From the human T2T-CHM13v2.0 reference genome, Homo sapiens, in NCBI RefSeq assembly GCF_009914755.1, contig NC_060942.1: a DNA stretch of 64,000 nucleotides. One strand, 5' to 3'. Shown in pieces: positions 13,122-33,460 of this stretch. Each line of letters starts with the position of its first letter. Position 1 is the first letter of the stretch. The notes under the pieces are model-generated. The model did no database searches. It was not told the DNA's origin and was given only the letters and a program-made list of their open reading frames with translations. A program made the position numbers and the translations under genes.

Positions 13122-14229
13122 AGAAATTACCATGGGCTGGAAATAGGGGGAAAGGAAGTATATTGCTTACTGTCTTCAAGGTTTCGTTAGAAATAATCAA
13201 AATTTCAGGTGTAGATAGTAGTGTTGGTTATGCAACACTGTGAATATATTGAATGCCACTGAGTGCACACATTTGTTAAAAGGTTCAAATAAATATTGTG
13301 TTATGTATATTTTCCCAGAATAGAAAACATGCACAGCCAAGCCCAGATGCCAATCTTTGTAGGTGCTTTCCTTTACCTTCAAGAGCTGGCCAAGGCTCAT
13401 CCAATCCCTCAAGGCAGCTGGGAAGTCTAAGACTGAAGTCTGCACTGGAAGAGAAATTAATGGAGGGAGGAGAAAAATTAAGAGTCCATACTACTCACTC
13501 CCCAGGGCCAACAACTCTCTCTCCTGCACTTTATTGATCCAGCTCAGTATCTCCTGTGACCACCTCCTTTTTTCAACTGAAGACTTTGCACCTGAAGAGA
13601 CTCCCAGGTCTTTCACCCTGGCCCTTGTCAGGGCTGATCCTCTCAGCTACTGCCCATTTGACCTCCATTCATGTCCAGGCCACATCAGGCTGTGTTGTCT
13701 AGGTGGAATGAATCCACTGTGAGTCAGGAGCCATTGGTGCTCCCCCAAATGTCCCTTTCTGGAGGAAGCCACCATTATGCTGTTCCTCCAACATGTCCAC
13801 ACACACACAGGCATCTCATTCACGCAAGGTGTGTGTCCTCCGACGAAGTTTCACACTCTAAACCCAGATAACTTTTGAAACCCAAGTTTTGTTGATTCCC
13901 CTTACTTAAGTTGTTCATTTGTCTACAAAACACTGCCCCAATTAAACTGCCAAAAATGTTTTGCAGAATTTGTATGCTAATTCTGACATTGTTATTACAA
14001 GTGTTTTTCTCCCTGAAAATTTATGTCTTTGTTACTGATAAAAGTATATAACTACTAATGCTGTTTTCAGCTATGTTGCCAAGCACATTTATATAAAAAT
14101 ATATTCTTAATTATTTTGAGAATCTGACAAAGACAATAACAACAATAATAATCTCATTTGCTTTATACTCATCTTTATATGTGTTACTTTATTCATTTCT
14201 TACATGCTGGGGCTTACCATACAGTGTAC

Positions 14230-16040
14230 AATGAAATTGGTACTATGCAGCATGGCAGGAATGTACATTGGCATAGCTAATTTGGAAGATAGCTTTCTTG
14301 TTTCTTAAAAAAAATTAAATTTGAACTTAACATTTGGTCCAGCAAATCCACACCCAGGAATGCTCCAAGTGAACTGAAAGCATATTCTCCAAAGTCATTT
14401 GTACAGACATGTGTCTCTTAACGACAGTGATGTGTTCTGAGAAATGCATCGTTAAGTGATGTAGTAATTACGCAGACATCATAGAGTGCACTTACATAAA
14501 CCTGGATGGCATAGCCCCCTATACACCTAGGCTGTATGATACAGCCAATTGCTCTGGGCTTCAAACTGTGCAACATGTAACTGTACTGAATACTGCAAGC
14601 AAAGGTAACAAAATGATAAGCATTTATATATCTAAAATCTAAATATAGAAAAGCTACAATAAAATATGGTATAAAATATAAAAATTAGTACATCCGTATA
14701 GGGCACTTTACCATGAACAGAGCTTACAGGACTGGACGTTGCTCTGGGTGATTCGGTGAGTGAATGGTGAGTGAATGTGAAGGCCTGGAATCTTACTGTA
14801 CACTACTATAGACTTTATGAACATTGTATCTTTAGACTACCCTAAATTTATAGAAATATATTTTTATTTATTCAACAATTAACCTTAGCCTACCGTAACA
14901 TTTAAAATTTATAAACTTTAACAATTTTAAAAACAGCTATTTTGTAATACTACTTACCTTAAAACATAAACATATTGTAGAGCTGTGCAAATTTTTAAAA
15001 TATTATTCTATATTTTTTCTATTTTAAAATTTAAGTTTTAAATTTTAAACTTTTTTTGTTAACAGCTGAGGCTCAGACACACACATCAGCCTAGGCCTAC
15101 ACAGGATTAGGATCATCAGTGTCACTGCCTTCCGATTCCACATCTTGTCCCACTGGAAGGGGCAGAAACACACATGGTGCTATCATCTCTTACGATAACA
15201 ACACCTTCTAGCATACATCCTCAAAGGCCTACTTGAGGCTGTTTTACAGGTAAGTGGTTTGTTTTAATACGCAGATAGAATATATTCTCAAATAATTATA
15301 GAAAGTATAGCACAGTAAATACATAAACCAGGAACATAGTCATTTATTTTCACTACCAAGTATTATATACTGCACATAGTTGTACATTCTATACAGTACT
15401 TTAACATAACTGGAAGACCAATAGATTCCTTACCATCGGCATCATCACTGATGCCTGTCTAATGTGTTACGCTACACACTTGTGACAGCTACAAGACACT
15501 AGGTGATAGGAATTTTTAAACTCTATCATAATCTTATGGGACTGCCATCATACATGCTATCCATCATTGACCAAAATGTTATTATACATTACATGACTGT
15601 ATTATGAATGCTCAAAGCAGCATTATTCATAATACAAAAAACAGAAATAATTAAATGTCCATCAACTGATGAATGAATAAACACTGTTTATATATCCACA
15701 CAATGGACTATGAAGCAATGAAAAGGAAAACACATGACTGGCACAAGCTAAAGCATCAATTAACTTCAAAAATAATAACTAAATGATTAAAGTCAGACCT
15801 CAATATAATATATTGTATGATTCCATTTCTATTACACAGATGGGAAATTTATACAGACAGAATATCAGAGCAGTATTGCTTAGGGCTGGAGATGGGAGTA
15901 GGGATTGACATGGGCAAGAGAGAACTTCAGTGAGAGAAACATTTTTAAGTTAGGTCATGGTGATGGCTACACACAGTGTCAATTTAATAAATCATCAATT
16001 GTGTACCTTTATAGTTGGGTGAACTTTATGATAGGTTCAC
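14230..16040 (+). mobile_element. Ancient L1M (L1MC/ME-like) 3' fragment split by Tigger3b
   Basis: L1M 3' motifs: ccagcaaatccacacccaggaat before Tigger; gcagcattattcataat...aaatgtccatcaactgatgaatg after it. Confidence 0.6.
14404..15599 (+). mobile_element. Tigger3b (MER7-type) TcMar DNA transposon, non-autonomous
   Basis: TA|cagacatg...ttctgagaaatgcatcgtta...acacctaggct...catgactg|TA; terminal inverted repeats and TA duplication; 1196 bp. Confidence 0.9.
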
Positions 16041-16528
16041 ACCCAATATGGTGTTATAAATAAATTAATGTTATGGAAATTCTTATCTGGTTTTTAAGCA
16101 GCCAAGATACACGCTGTTTAAGCAACATTAATTCAGATGGTTGCAATAAGTCATTTAAAGTTTATAAGGTAGTTGTCCCGTAAATATATGGTGAATGTTA
16201 TTCCATGAATTTCCTGTATCTATTGCAATAATCATATTTTTTCTCTATTAACCTCTTATGGTGGCTAATTTTATTTATTGCATTTTCAATGTTAATCTAC
16301 CATATCATATTTTGAAATCATATTGGTCAGAATTTATGGTATTTTTATTCATCACATACTTCAATTTACCTTATCTGATTTTAGTTTCAAAGCTATGCTG
16401 CCATTTTATTTAATTGCACAGTATAGAATTTTCTAATTTATAGAAAATTATTATGTCCTCCTTGAATTTTTTTTTAGAACTTAATTCTAGGAATTTATAT
16501 GAGGTACAGTCCATAAAGAATTGTTTTA

Positions 16529-16765
16529 CACCACATGTTCTCACTCATAGGTGGGAATTGAACGATGAGAACACATGGACACAGGAAGGGGAACATCACA
16601 CACTGGGGCCTGTTGTGAGGTGGGGGGGGAGGGATAGCATTAGGAGATATACCTAATGTTAAATGACGAGTTAATGGGTGCAGCACACCAACATGGCACA
16701 TGTATATATATGTAACAAACCTGCACGTTGTGCACATGTACACTAAAACTTAAAGTATAAAAAAA
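16529..16765 (+). mobile_element. 5'-truncated L1PA4/5-like 3' end
   Basis: catgttctcactcataggtgggaattg...cttaaagtataaaaaaa; TSD aaagaattgtttta at 16515-16528 and 16766-16779. Confidence 0.93.
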
Positions 16766-18149
16766 AAAGAATTGTTTTAATTTCTCATACATGTCTTCAA
16801 TGGGTATAGAATTGGTCATGTTTTTCTGCTCAGATTTCAACAAGAAACTTACCTCTTACCCCATTGGCAGGTAGGCAGACGTGACTTTTCCCATTTTCTA
16901 AATGGAGACTATGTGGGCAAATGCAGGTAAGTTCTTGGGGTATGTGAAGGGACCTCTCTTGCTCTCAAAAGACAACCTAAGAAGAAGGGCAGTGCCACAG
17001 CAGAACTGCTATCGATGCCACCTCAGTTAGATTCCAGAACAGACATACACCTGTAGACAACTGAGGTGTAGGAAAACAGTGGAGCACCCAGCACCCAGCA
17101 GAGAAAGCAACGCCTGGGGACAGGGAGGCACTGATTGTGGCAAGGGGAAAAAACAGCTGCCAGAAGGCTGTTCACACAAGGGTCTCAGGCTGCACAGACA
17201 TCCACACCTGCTGAGGGGTTCTGGTTTTCATAAAGGATGTGGCTCAGCCAGGCCACCAACAAGCAGTTAATAAACAGTAACATGACACTTTCCAAAGACC
17301 TTACATGAGTAACGCAGTGATCCTCACAAATTTCCTAACAGGATGGTAGTACAATTCCTCCTGAACAGGGTGAGGAAACTGACCCACAAGGTCATGGAGC
17401 CTGCTTGTGGTCACATGGGGTGGGTGCAAAGCTGGACATTGAACCTTCCGCCGGGACTGAGTGCTGTCCTCTGAGCTCTGTCTACTGAGTGCCTCTGTCC
17501 TGTCTGCTGACCACAGGTCAGAGGTGCAGACTGCAACGGGGAGTAGAAATGTCACCTTCTCAATGTTGGGAAAACTCCCTGACAGAACTGCCCATGGCCC
17601 TTTCTAAGCAGTGGGCAAGCTCAGACCAAAGAAGGAGGCAGACCATGTCAGGCTGCCAGACTGCCAAACATTCATTCAAGGAGAACCCACATCCTGGGCC
17701 ATCCTGGGTGGTGGCAAGATAAGCTAGATCACTGCTTTTGCAACGCATCCCTGTCCAGCCTTTCCTATCATGAAAAGAAAAGGGAACAGGGAAAAAAAGA
17801 AACAAAAGTCACTGTTGGGCTCGCTAACTCATCTGGCTACTTTCTTAATCTGTTTGCTTTCTGCTTGAAAAGGTTGTTTGGGTATCCTACAATCTGGTCG
17901 ACATTTCTAAAGTAAGGGCAGTGTTCCAGGCAGCAGCAGTTAGCTTGGTCAGGTCACTGTTTTAGGTGAAGATGTGCAGGTGTATCTGCCACTGTAGTGA
18001 AGGACTGCTTTGGGCAGTGTCTGTGGAGAAATGTTTCAAAGGACATAGTTAAACCAACACTTGAACACCAATTGTTTTGTCCTACCCCTCTGTCACAGGG
18101 GAGGGGGCTGTGCTCTTGGCAAAGGTCATCTCTCTGTCATGATTCTGGA

Positions 18150-19700
18150 GCTCCTTCTGTTCTCCTGATTATCTGTCACTCAGTTATCCCCACTCTCTCC
18201 CACAATTTTAACCTCGGCTTCTCTATTCTAGGAGACTCTTCTCTCAGGCTCAAGGCTCTCCTGCCCTCCACCGTTCCTCCCTCCACCCCATACACCCTTC
18301 CAGCATGTGTCCCAGCTGATCTATCCTTTAGCCAAACTTCCTCAGAAAGAGGCCTCACCCTGCTGTCCCTGCCCATCTCCTCTCTGATTCACTCCTCAAC
18401 TCCATGTCTGATTGCCAGTTTCTTTTCCTTGCCTGTTGTGACTTCCTGTGGACGTGGCCAAAAACCACACAGTCCTCCTGTTGTGCAGCGTCCCCTCAAT
18501 CTTGAGATGTCCTCTCCCTCGGTTCCTATGTCACCACACATGCCTGGCTTGGCTCCTCCCTCTAGTTCTTCCTTTCCTGTCTCCTGTGGACTCCTTGTTG
18601 TCTGCCCTCGCCACTTCAGTGTCCTCACAGGGGCTTCCTTCCCTTCTCAGCTGACACCATCACCTGGGGATCACACTCACCTGGCAGCCTGGGGCCTCTC
18701 TATCTCTATGCTGGTCATGCCCACGTCTGAGCTGCAGACCCAAAGGCATTTCCACTTGTGCATCCCATGCCCAGCACACACTTCTCCAGTCTCAAACGCA
18801 GCTGTTCAGCCCCACCTCACCCCTTAGACAAGTTCCTCCCTGTGGATCTTCTTTTTCATTGATTAGTACTGAGTTGCCCAAATCAGCAACCTGGAAGTGA
18901 TCTAGACTCCTCACACATCCAGTCCATCACTCATCAAGTCTATTGATTCTGTCTGCTAAATATACCTCGATTATATTTACTTAACATATATGCATATGTC
19001 TCCTTCTTCACTGCATTTCATATTGTGGGCCACATTTACCCTTCAGGTAACAACAACACTGGCCATTCTTGCCCTTCCAGTCAGAAGTGCCAAAACAACT
19101 GTTCTAAGATGCAAATCTGATCACATTACTCCTCTGGGTGAAACTTTGCAATGGCTTCCCGTTGATCTTAGAATACTGTCTGGCCTCCCGTGTTCAGAGG
19201 TCCCGGGCACCAGCCCTCTGCAGACTTTTCACTCACACTCCATGCTCTGGTGGTGGGGATCACTTCAGTTCCTGGAGTTCCCCTTCTCTTTCCCACTGCT
19301 CCCCTCAATATGCTATCTGCCTTTCTTGGAACACCTGTCCCTCTTCCTTCCTCACCTCCCCAGGTAATTGGGTTTGTCTTTCAGGTCTTGCCTTACATGT
19401 CACTTTCTCCAGGAAGCTCTCCTGGCCTCTCAAATTTGGGTCAAAAATGTCCCCTGGATGGACTTTCACGCCCGTTCTAATGCTTCTTATGCTCTTCTTA
19501 TGCTTCTTCTTATGCTTCTTATGTGGATCTTTCTATTGGCACATCTCTGTCTCACAGTGCAATGAAATTTCTGTGGCAGCAAGGTCAGGCTTTCTTGTCT
19601 CTCATGAAAGCACATTCCTGCCTATATCCCCAGCACCTACCAGTGTCTGGCTCCCAGGATGATTTCAATACATTTTGGTGGACAGAAGAAATGAAGGGAT
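18150..19700 (+). mobile_element. L2 LINE remnant
   Basis: L2 motifs: ttgcccaaatcagcaacctggaagtgatctagactcctc; gcaaatctgatcacattactcctctg...caatggcttccc; tatatccccagcacctaccagtgtctggc. Confidence 0.7.
19480..19523. repeat. Short degenerate tandem repeat (ATGCTTCTT)n
   Basis: atgcttctt atgctcttctt atgcttcttctt atgcttctt atg. Confidence 0.75.
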
Positions 19701-21065
19701 AGGGGGAAGAGAACAACCCGCCAAAGTCTAAAGAGCCTATGGCTCGGCTACAGCAAAGTCTTGGTGTGTCCTACAATGTATGTCGCCACATTTGTGGAAA
19801 CACACAACTGCCTCTTCTGTTCAAAGATGACCCTACTTATGGGAAACAGATGGAATTTTCTCCCCATGTGCAGGTAAAGACACAAACACTGATGTCATAG
19901 CTGCCACCCTCTCCTCTCACTGTTGCCCATGCCCAGCTGGTGCTGAAGGGACATCTTAAGCTGTTGTGACTCCATGGCCCCCAAAGCCGCGGAGCTCAGA
20001 GCTGCTCCTTGAGGAATGTCTTCCCCATTTCCTTCTCCCTGGCTCCTCTCCTTGCTGGTGTCCACTGGTGTCTCCTCCTGTGGCTTCTCGAACATCATCC
20101 TCTGTTCCTCACTGTTTCAAACTTTACTCTCCCCACAGAAGGTTCTTTTCCACATCTCTGTCACTGGATGCTCATGAGAAGGCTGATAGGGTGATTTTTT
20201 GTCAGGACAAATAAACTGTATGAAACCTACCTGAAGCACACTAGCACTCCTGAAATGAAGGTTAAATATTTTGTAGCCCTGTGGAGTCAGATTCATGGTA
20301 GGAATATGTACATGCATGTCCCATTTTTTGAGCTTTTTTCAGAAATTTAATGTTCCATATAAGCCAATGTTCCAGGTACCTGAGTTAAGCTCATAATGGC
20401 TGGACTCATTTTAACTATTTTAGTTAACATCCTTCACAAATCTTTACATCGTTTTCCTACCTTCTTAGACCATATGAAAACCTAATTATATTTTTTCATG
20501 ACAATGAAGAGTCATCATAATAGCTATTATTAGATCCTGATATAAAGACGTCATGCTTTCAAAGTTTACAAAGGCAGGACAGACTAAATTATACAAGATC
20601 ATTGTGCTTTTACAACCACAGGAAGATCAATCCTCACAGCACTATTTCTGCCCACTCTTCTCTAGATGGTCAAGTTTGTTTAAAATGTTGGTAAACACAA
20701 GAGTTATTGATTCACATGAATAAGTTGCAGTAGGCAAGGCCTTTTGCTCTCCTGACTCTGAAGTCAGAGGCTGTGTTAGCCACACCCTTCTGGGGGCTAC
20801 TTCTCAACTACGCTCTTTGCAAGCTCTGGCTCAGAAAGTTGAACTTTACTGAACTTTCAAAAATGTAGCCACTATTTCTGCTATATTTTAAAGCTATAAT
20901 AACAACGGAGTGTGCTCTGTTTTGTTTTTCAAAATTTCTGTGGGATAAAGTTGCATAGAGATTTTCAGGGTTCTATGTTTAATTTTAATTTTCAAACATA
21001 GATTTTAACTACTTTTTTGCAGTTATGATTAGAATGCACTCTCAAACATGTTACAGAAAGTTTAG

Positions 21066-21479
<414 letters not shown>

Positions 21480-21689
21480 TAATTAAAGAGCATCCTGAGA
21501 TTGAAAAGTGAACTATTAGGGGAGAATACAATTTGCAACTCCCTCACTACGTGTGCGTAAGTTTCCTCCACGCAAGGCAAAAACAAATTCTATTTAGATG
21601 CTAATGAACTTCACTTGCTGCCCATTCCACTAATTTTAAGTCATTATTTCAGGAAAATAAATTATTCTCACCATTTGACTTTACAATCT

Positions 21690-24125
21690 GAAAGTCCTGG
21701 GGCCCCAGCCTGGTCATGCCTGCTTGCAGGGCAGCCTTGGGTCATAGCTTCTGTGCTAGTGGACCCTGCCTGACTGGAAGAGGGCTCCAGCACAGGGAGG
21801 CCCCCACGGCAAAGCACCAGCCCGCATACTCCCTCCCCAAACTGTAGCTTCCCTTGGGCCCACAGCAACTCCCCACGTCGCTTGGCTGGAGCATGTCTGT
21901 GGGGACGGGTTTTGCTTTCCTTGTCCGACCCACATGCATGTGTGCATACACCCCACCCTGTCACTGCTGCAGCAAGAGTGCAGTCGGCCGCCCTCCCCCT
22001 GCTAACCACCATTTAGAAAAAGCCTTGGTGGGCACACAGCCAGCGAGCTCCACTCCCACCACCAGTGCCCTGCTCTGCCCTTGTGCCAACACTGCCGTGG
22101 GAGTGAAACTAGGTACAGAGAACAGCAGATCCTCTCCTGCCCTGAGTGACCACTCCTGCTCATGCAATACAGAGAAGGCACAGACCTGAGCCCGCCAGTG
22201 CCCCCAAGGCAACACTATCACCAATGCAACCACATACACAGTCGCCAGCAGCAGCCCCCTACCCTTCCCTGAGCTGTGTTGCCTCTGCCACTGTGGTGAA
22301 TGCCCACAGCGGGGCAGGCATGCCGGCACCCACTAGCACCCTGCTGCAGTTGATGAGTGTGCACCCCACTATGCTGCTGCTACTGCTGCTGCTGGCACAT
22401 GCAAATGAGAATCCTGCTGTCACTGCACTATAAAACTCTTTGGCTGGCACCACCCATTGGAGTGTAGTGACCAACGTTCTGCGAGCACCTTACACCCCCC
22501 AGAGCAGTGAATTCTTAACTTCAAGGAGCCAGAGAACAAAGTCTGGGCCCAATACAAATTCCCCAGAGTTAGCACAGGTAGTTCAGGAGTTGGGAGCTGA
22601 ACATTGGCCCCATAAAATCTTCCAGAAATGAAGCCAGTGGGCTGAAGCCACCTTATACCACGCTCAAACCCTTAAGGTCATCAACTAGGATAAAAGAAGA
22701 AAATTCAAAGGTCAGCAACTTAAAGATTGAAGGAAAATAAGCCCACAAAGATGAGAAAACACCAGTGAAAGAACCATGGCAACTCAAAAAGTCAGAGTGC
22801 CTTCTTTCCTCCAAATGACCTCATTACCTCTCCAACAAGGGTTCTGAACTAGGCTGAAATAGCTGAAATGACAGAAAGAGAACTCAGACTATGGATAGAA
22901 ATGAAAATCATTGAGCTACAGGAGTATGTTGAAACCTAATCCAAGGACTCTAGGGATCACAATAAAACAATGCACAAGCTGACAGACAAAATAGTCAGTA
23001 TAGAAAAGAATGTAACTGACCTGATAGAGCTGAAAGGCACATTAAAAGAATTTCATAATGCAATCCCAAGTATTAATAGAAGAATAGACCAAGTGGAGGA
23101 AAGTATCTCATAGCCTGAAGACTGGCTTTCTGAAATAAGACAGTCAGACAAGAACAGAAAAAAACAAGAATAAAAAGGAATGAACAAAACCTCTGAGAAA
23201 TATGGGATTACGTAAAGAGACCAAATCTATGCCTCATTGGTGTCCCTGAAAGAGATGAAGAGAATGGAAGCATCTTGGAATACATATTTCAGGATATTAT
23301 CCATGAGAAATTCCCCAACCTAGCTAGAGAGGCCAACATTCAAATATAGGAAATGTACAGAACGCCAGTAAGATACCCCATAGGAAGACCACCCCAAAGA
23401 CACATAATTATCAGATACTCTCCAAGGTCAAAATGAAAGGAAAAATGTTAAAGGCAGCTAGAGAGAAAGGTCAGCTCACCTACAAAGGGAAATCCATCAG
23501 ACTAATGACAGGCCTTTCAGCCAGAACCCCTACAAGCCAAAGAGATGCGAAGGACAATATTCAACATTTTTAAAGAAAAGAATTTCCAACCCAGAATTCC
23601 ATATCCAGCCAAACTAAGCTTCAAAAATAAAGGAGAAATAAGATCCTTTTCAGATAAGCAAATGCTGCGAGAATTTGTCACCACCAGACCTGCCTTGCAA
23701 GAGATCCTGACAAGAGCACTCAATATGAAAAGATTGTTACCAGCCACTGCAAAAACACACTGACATACACAGGCCAGTGGCATTATAAAGCAACCACATA
23801 AACAAGTCTGCAAAATAACCAGCTAACATCATGACGACAGGATTAAATTCACACATATTAATATAAATATTTCAAGATAAATGGGCTAAATGCCCTACTT
23901 AAAAGGCACAGAGTGGCAAGCTGGATAAAAAAAGCAAGATCCATTGGCATGCTGCCTTCAAGAGACAGATTTCACATGCAGTGACACACATAGGCTCAAA
24001 ATAAAGGGATGGAGAAAAATCGACCAAGCAAATGGAAAACAGAAAAAAGCAGGGGCTGCAATCTGAGTTTCAGACAAAACAGACTTTAAACCAACATAGA
24101 TCAAAAAGGACAAAAAGACATTGTT
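21690..24125 (+). mobile_element. Older L1 (L1PA15/16-like): 5' UTR, disabled ORF1 (ATG ~22751) and start of ORF2 (~23831)
   Basis: 5' UTR motif aaatcttccagaaatgaagccagt...cccacaaagatgagaaa; ORF1 remnant KEKNFQPRIPYPAKLSF; EN-domain DNA aaacagactttaaaccaac ending ~24120. Confidence 0.85.
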
Positions 24126-30256
<6,131 letters not shown>

Positions 30257-30475
30257 AGAAAAAAAGCTCAACATGACTGATCATTAGGGAAATACAAATC
30301 AAAACCACAATGAGATGCCATCTCACACCAGTCAGAATGGTGATTATTAAAAAGTCAAGAAACTACAGGGGCTGGAGAGGCTGTGGAGAAATAGGAACAC
30401 TTTTACACTCTTGGCGGGAATGTAAATTAGTTCAACCATTGTGAAAGACAGTGTGGCAATTCTTCAAAGATCTAG
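30257..30475 (+). mobile_element. Older L1PA ORF2 C-terminal fragment, probably the resumed host element
   Basis: aaaaaagctcaacatgactgatcattagggaaatacaaatcaaaaccacaatgagatgccatctcacaccagtcagaatgg. Confidence 0.8.
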
Positions 30476-30489
30476 TAGTTCTGAATAAA

Positions 30490-31901
<1,412 letters not shown>

Positions 31902-31907
31902 TGATGT

Positions 31908-32922
31908 TGTTATGGATTAAACGTTTGTGTCTCCCACAAAATCAAATGTTGAAATCCTCCCCTTACCAATGTGATGGTGTTAGGAGGTGGGGCCTCTGGG
32001 AGGTGATTAGGATTAGATGAGGTCATGAGGGCTCCCGTTTCATGGATCTGACTAGTGCCCTTAAAAGAATGCTTAGAGAGCTTGCTTCTCTCTGCTCTTT
32101 GCCGTGTGCAAATATAAGAAGTTGGTAGTGTGCACCTGGAAGAGAGCCCTCAGCAGGAGCTGACCACGCTGGCACCCGGATCTCTGACTTCCAGGTTCTG
32201 GGACTGAGAAATAAATTTCTGCATCACCATTGGCAACCCTTTCGGTACTTTGTTATAGTGAAGTGGCATCATTTGTTTGGGGTAATACCTGAGGTTCATT
32301 GTCTTACGCCAGGGAAATTGAGGCTGCAGACACACAAGAAGTGAGTTTAAGAGCGGAGGTTTCATAGGCAAAAGGAAAAGAGAATAGATCTCTCTCCTGC
32401 AGAGAGAGAGAGGGGCTTCTGAGTGGGTCTTCCGGTTCCGTGGTAAAATGGATGGGGTTTTATAGATGAGCTTGAGGAGGCAGTGTCTGATTTACATACG
32501 GTCCAAAAGATTGGTCGGACCAGGCGTGTCATTTACATAACATGAGAGGAAGCTGGCTGCCCTACCCTAATCTTTTTATTATGCAAATTGTTTCTCTACC
32601 TGGCCAGCACCATCTTGCCTGCTTCTTTATTGCACACGTGGTTGACAAAAAGGGAAGATGGAGCCTCCATGTTGAACATGCCTGGCCCCCAGGTAGCCTT
32701 TTCCTGTTGGCACAGCTGCTGGCATTCACCTGTGCAAGCTTCCAGCTTGCTTATCCATGTCTGCGGCTGGATTTTATAGGCTGCTCTTTGCTAGGAAAGA
32801 AATGATTTGGGAGCTGCTTTTTGTTAAAAGGGAAGGTTTCCCAAGGACTCTCTAGCCTCACTAACTGCCTAAATAATTTCTTTTTATCTCCTGTATCAAT
32901 TGCAACCCAACTGACTACAACA
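31908..32922 (+). mobile_element. MLT1A-type MaLR LTR, interrupted near its 3' end by an ERV1 solo LTR
   Basis: tgttatggattaaacgtttgtgtctccc...ggaggtggggcct...gattagatgaggtcatgaggg; 3' end tttgttatag|...|caacccaactgactacaaca. Confidence 0.8.
32259..32898 (-). mobile_element. ERV1 solo LTR (MER4 group, MER61-like; subfamily uncertain)
   Basis: TG...CA termini (minus strand begins TGATACAGGAGATAAAAAGAAATTATTTAGGCAG); 640 bp; 4-bp flanks atag and attg. Confidence 0.75.
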
Positions 32923-33094
32923 GATATGTAGCAGTTACATTTTTGATGAGCTTGACATGTTTGCAGTACATTTTTTAAACTCATGAATTATTTAGAAATT
33001 TATATTCTACCATAGAAGTTTATGTTCTACCATAATTTAATCATTTATTTTTGGTTAATCATTTGTAATTTAATTTAATGTTGATTTAAGAACA

Positions 33095-33460
33095 CATTAG
33101 TCAAGATAGGCTAGATCATGCTACGGTAGTAAATAATCCCCAAACCTCTGTGGCTTAAAACAATAAGATTTATATCTTACCTACGCTACATAAGTATTAA
33201 AGGTATGCAGGGGGACTGCTAGTGGTAGCTCTTAGAGGCACAGGTTGGTGGAACAACTACATTTCAAATGTTGACAGTTGCCATGTCAGAGGTTAAGGGA
33301 GAAAGGAACAGAGAGTTCTGGAGGATTTCCCCATGGGCAACTAAATGCTCCAGGCCAAAAGTGACACATACCCCTTTTGCTTTTCATTCATTGGCCAGAA
33401 TTCATCACACAGAGCCATGCATAGGAGATGGAGTTAGGACGTGTCATCCGACCATGTGGC
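33095..33460 (-). mobile_element. Old MaLR LTR (MLT1K/L-like)
   Basis: ttagtcaagataggctag...aataatccccaaacctctgtggcttaaaacaataagatttat; cattcattggccagaa. Confidence 0.6.

Noticed and set aside
17997-18827. 276-aa ORF, the longest ORF outside the L1 elements
   Set aside because: Non-ATG start, Ser/Pro/Leu-rich translation of pyrimidine-rich, largely L2-derived DNA; no recognisable domain.
20231-20481. Two more candidate micro-exons (20461-20481 and 20231-20249)
   Set aside because: Splice sites are plausible, but joining adds a TAG and one acceptor lacks pyrimidines; could be 5' UTR exons but not supportable.
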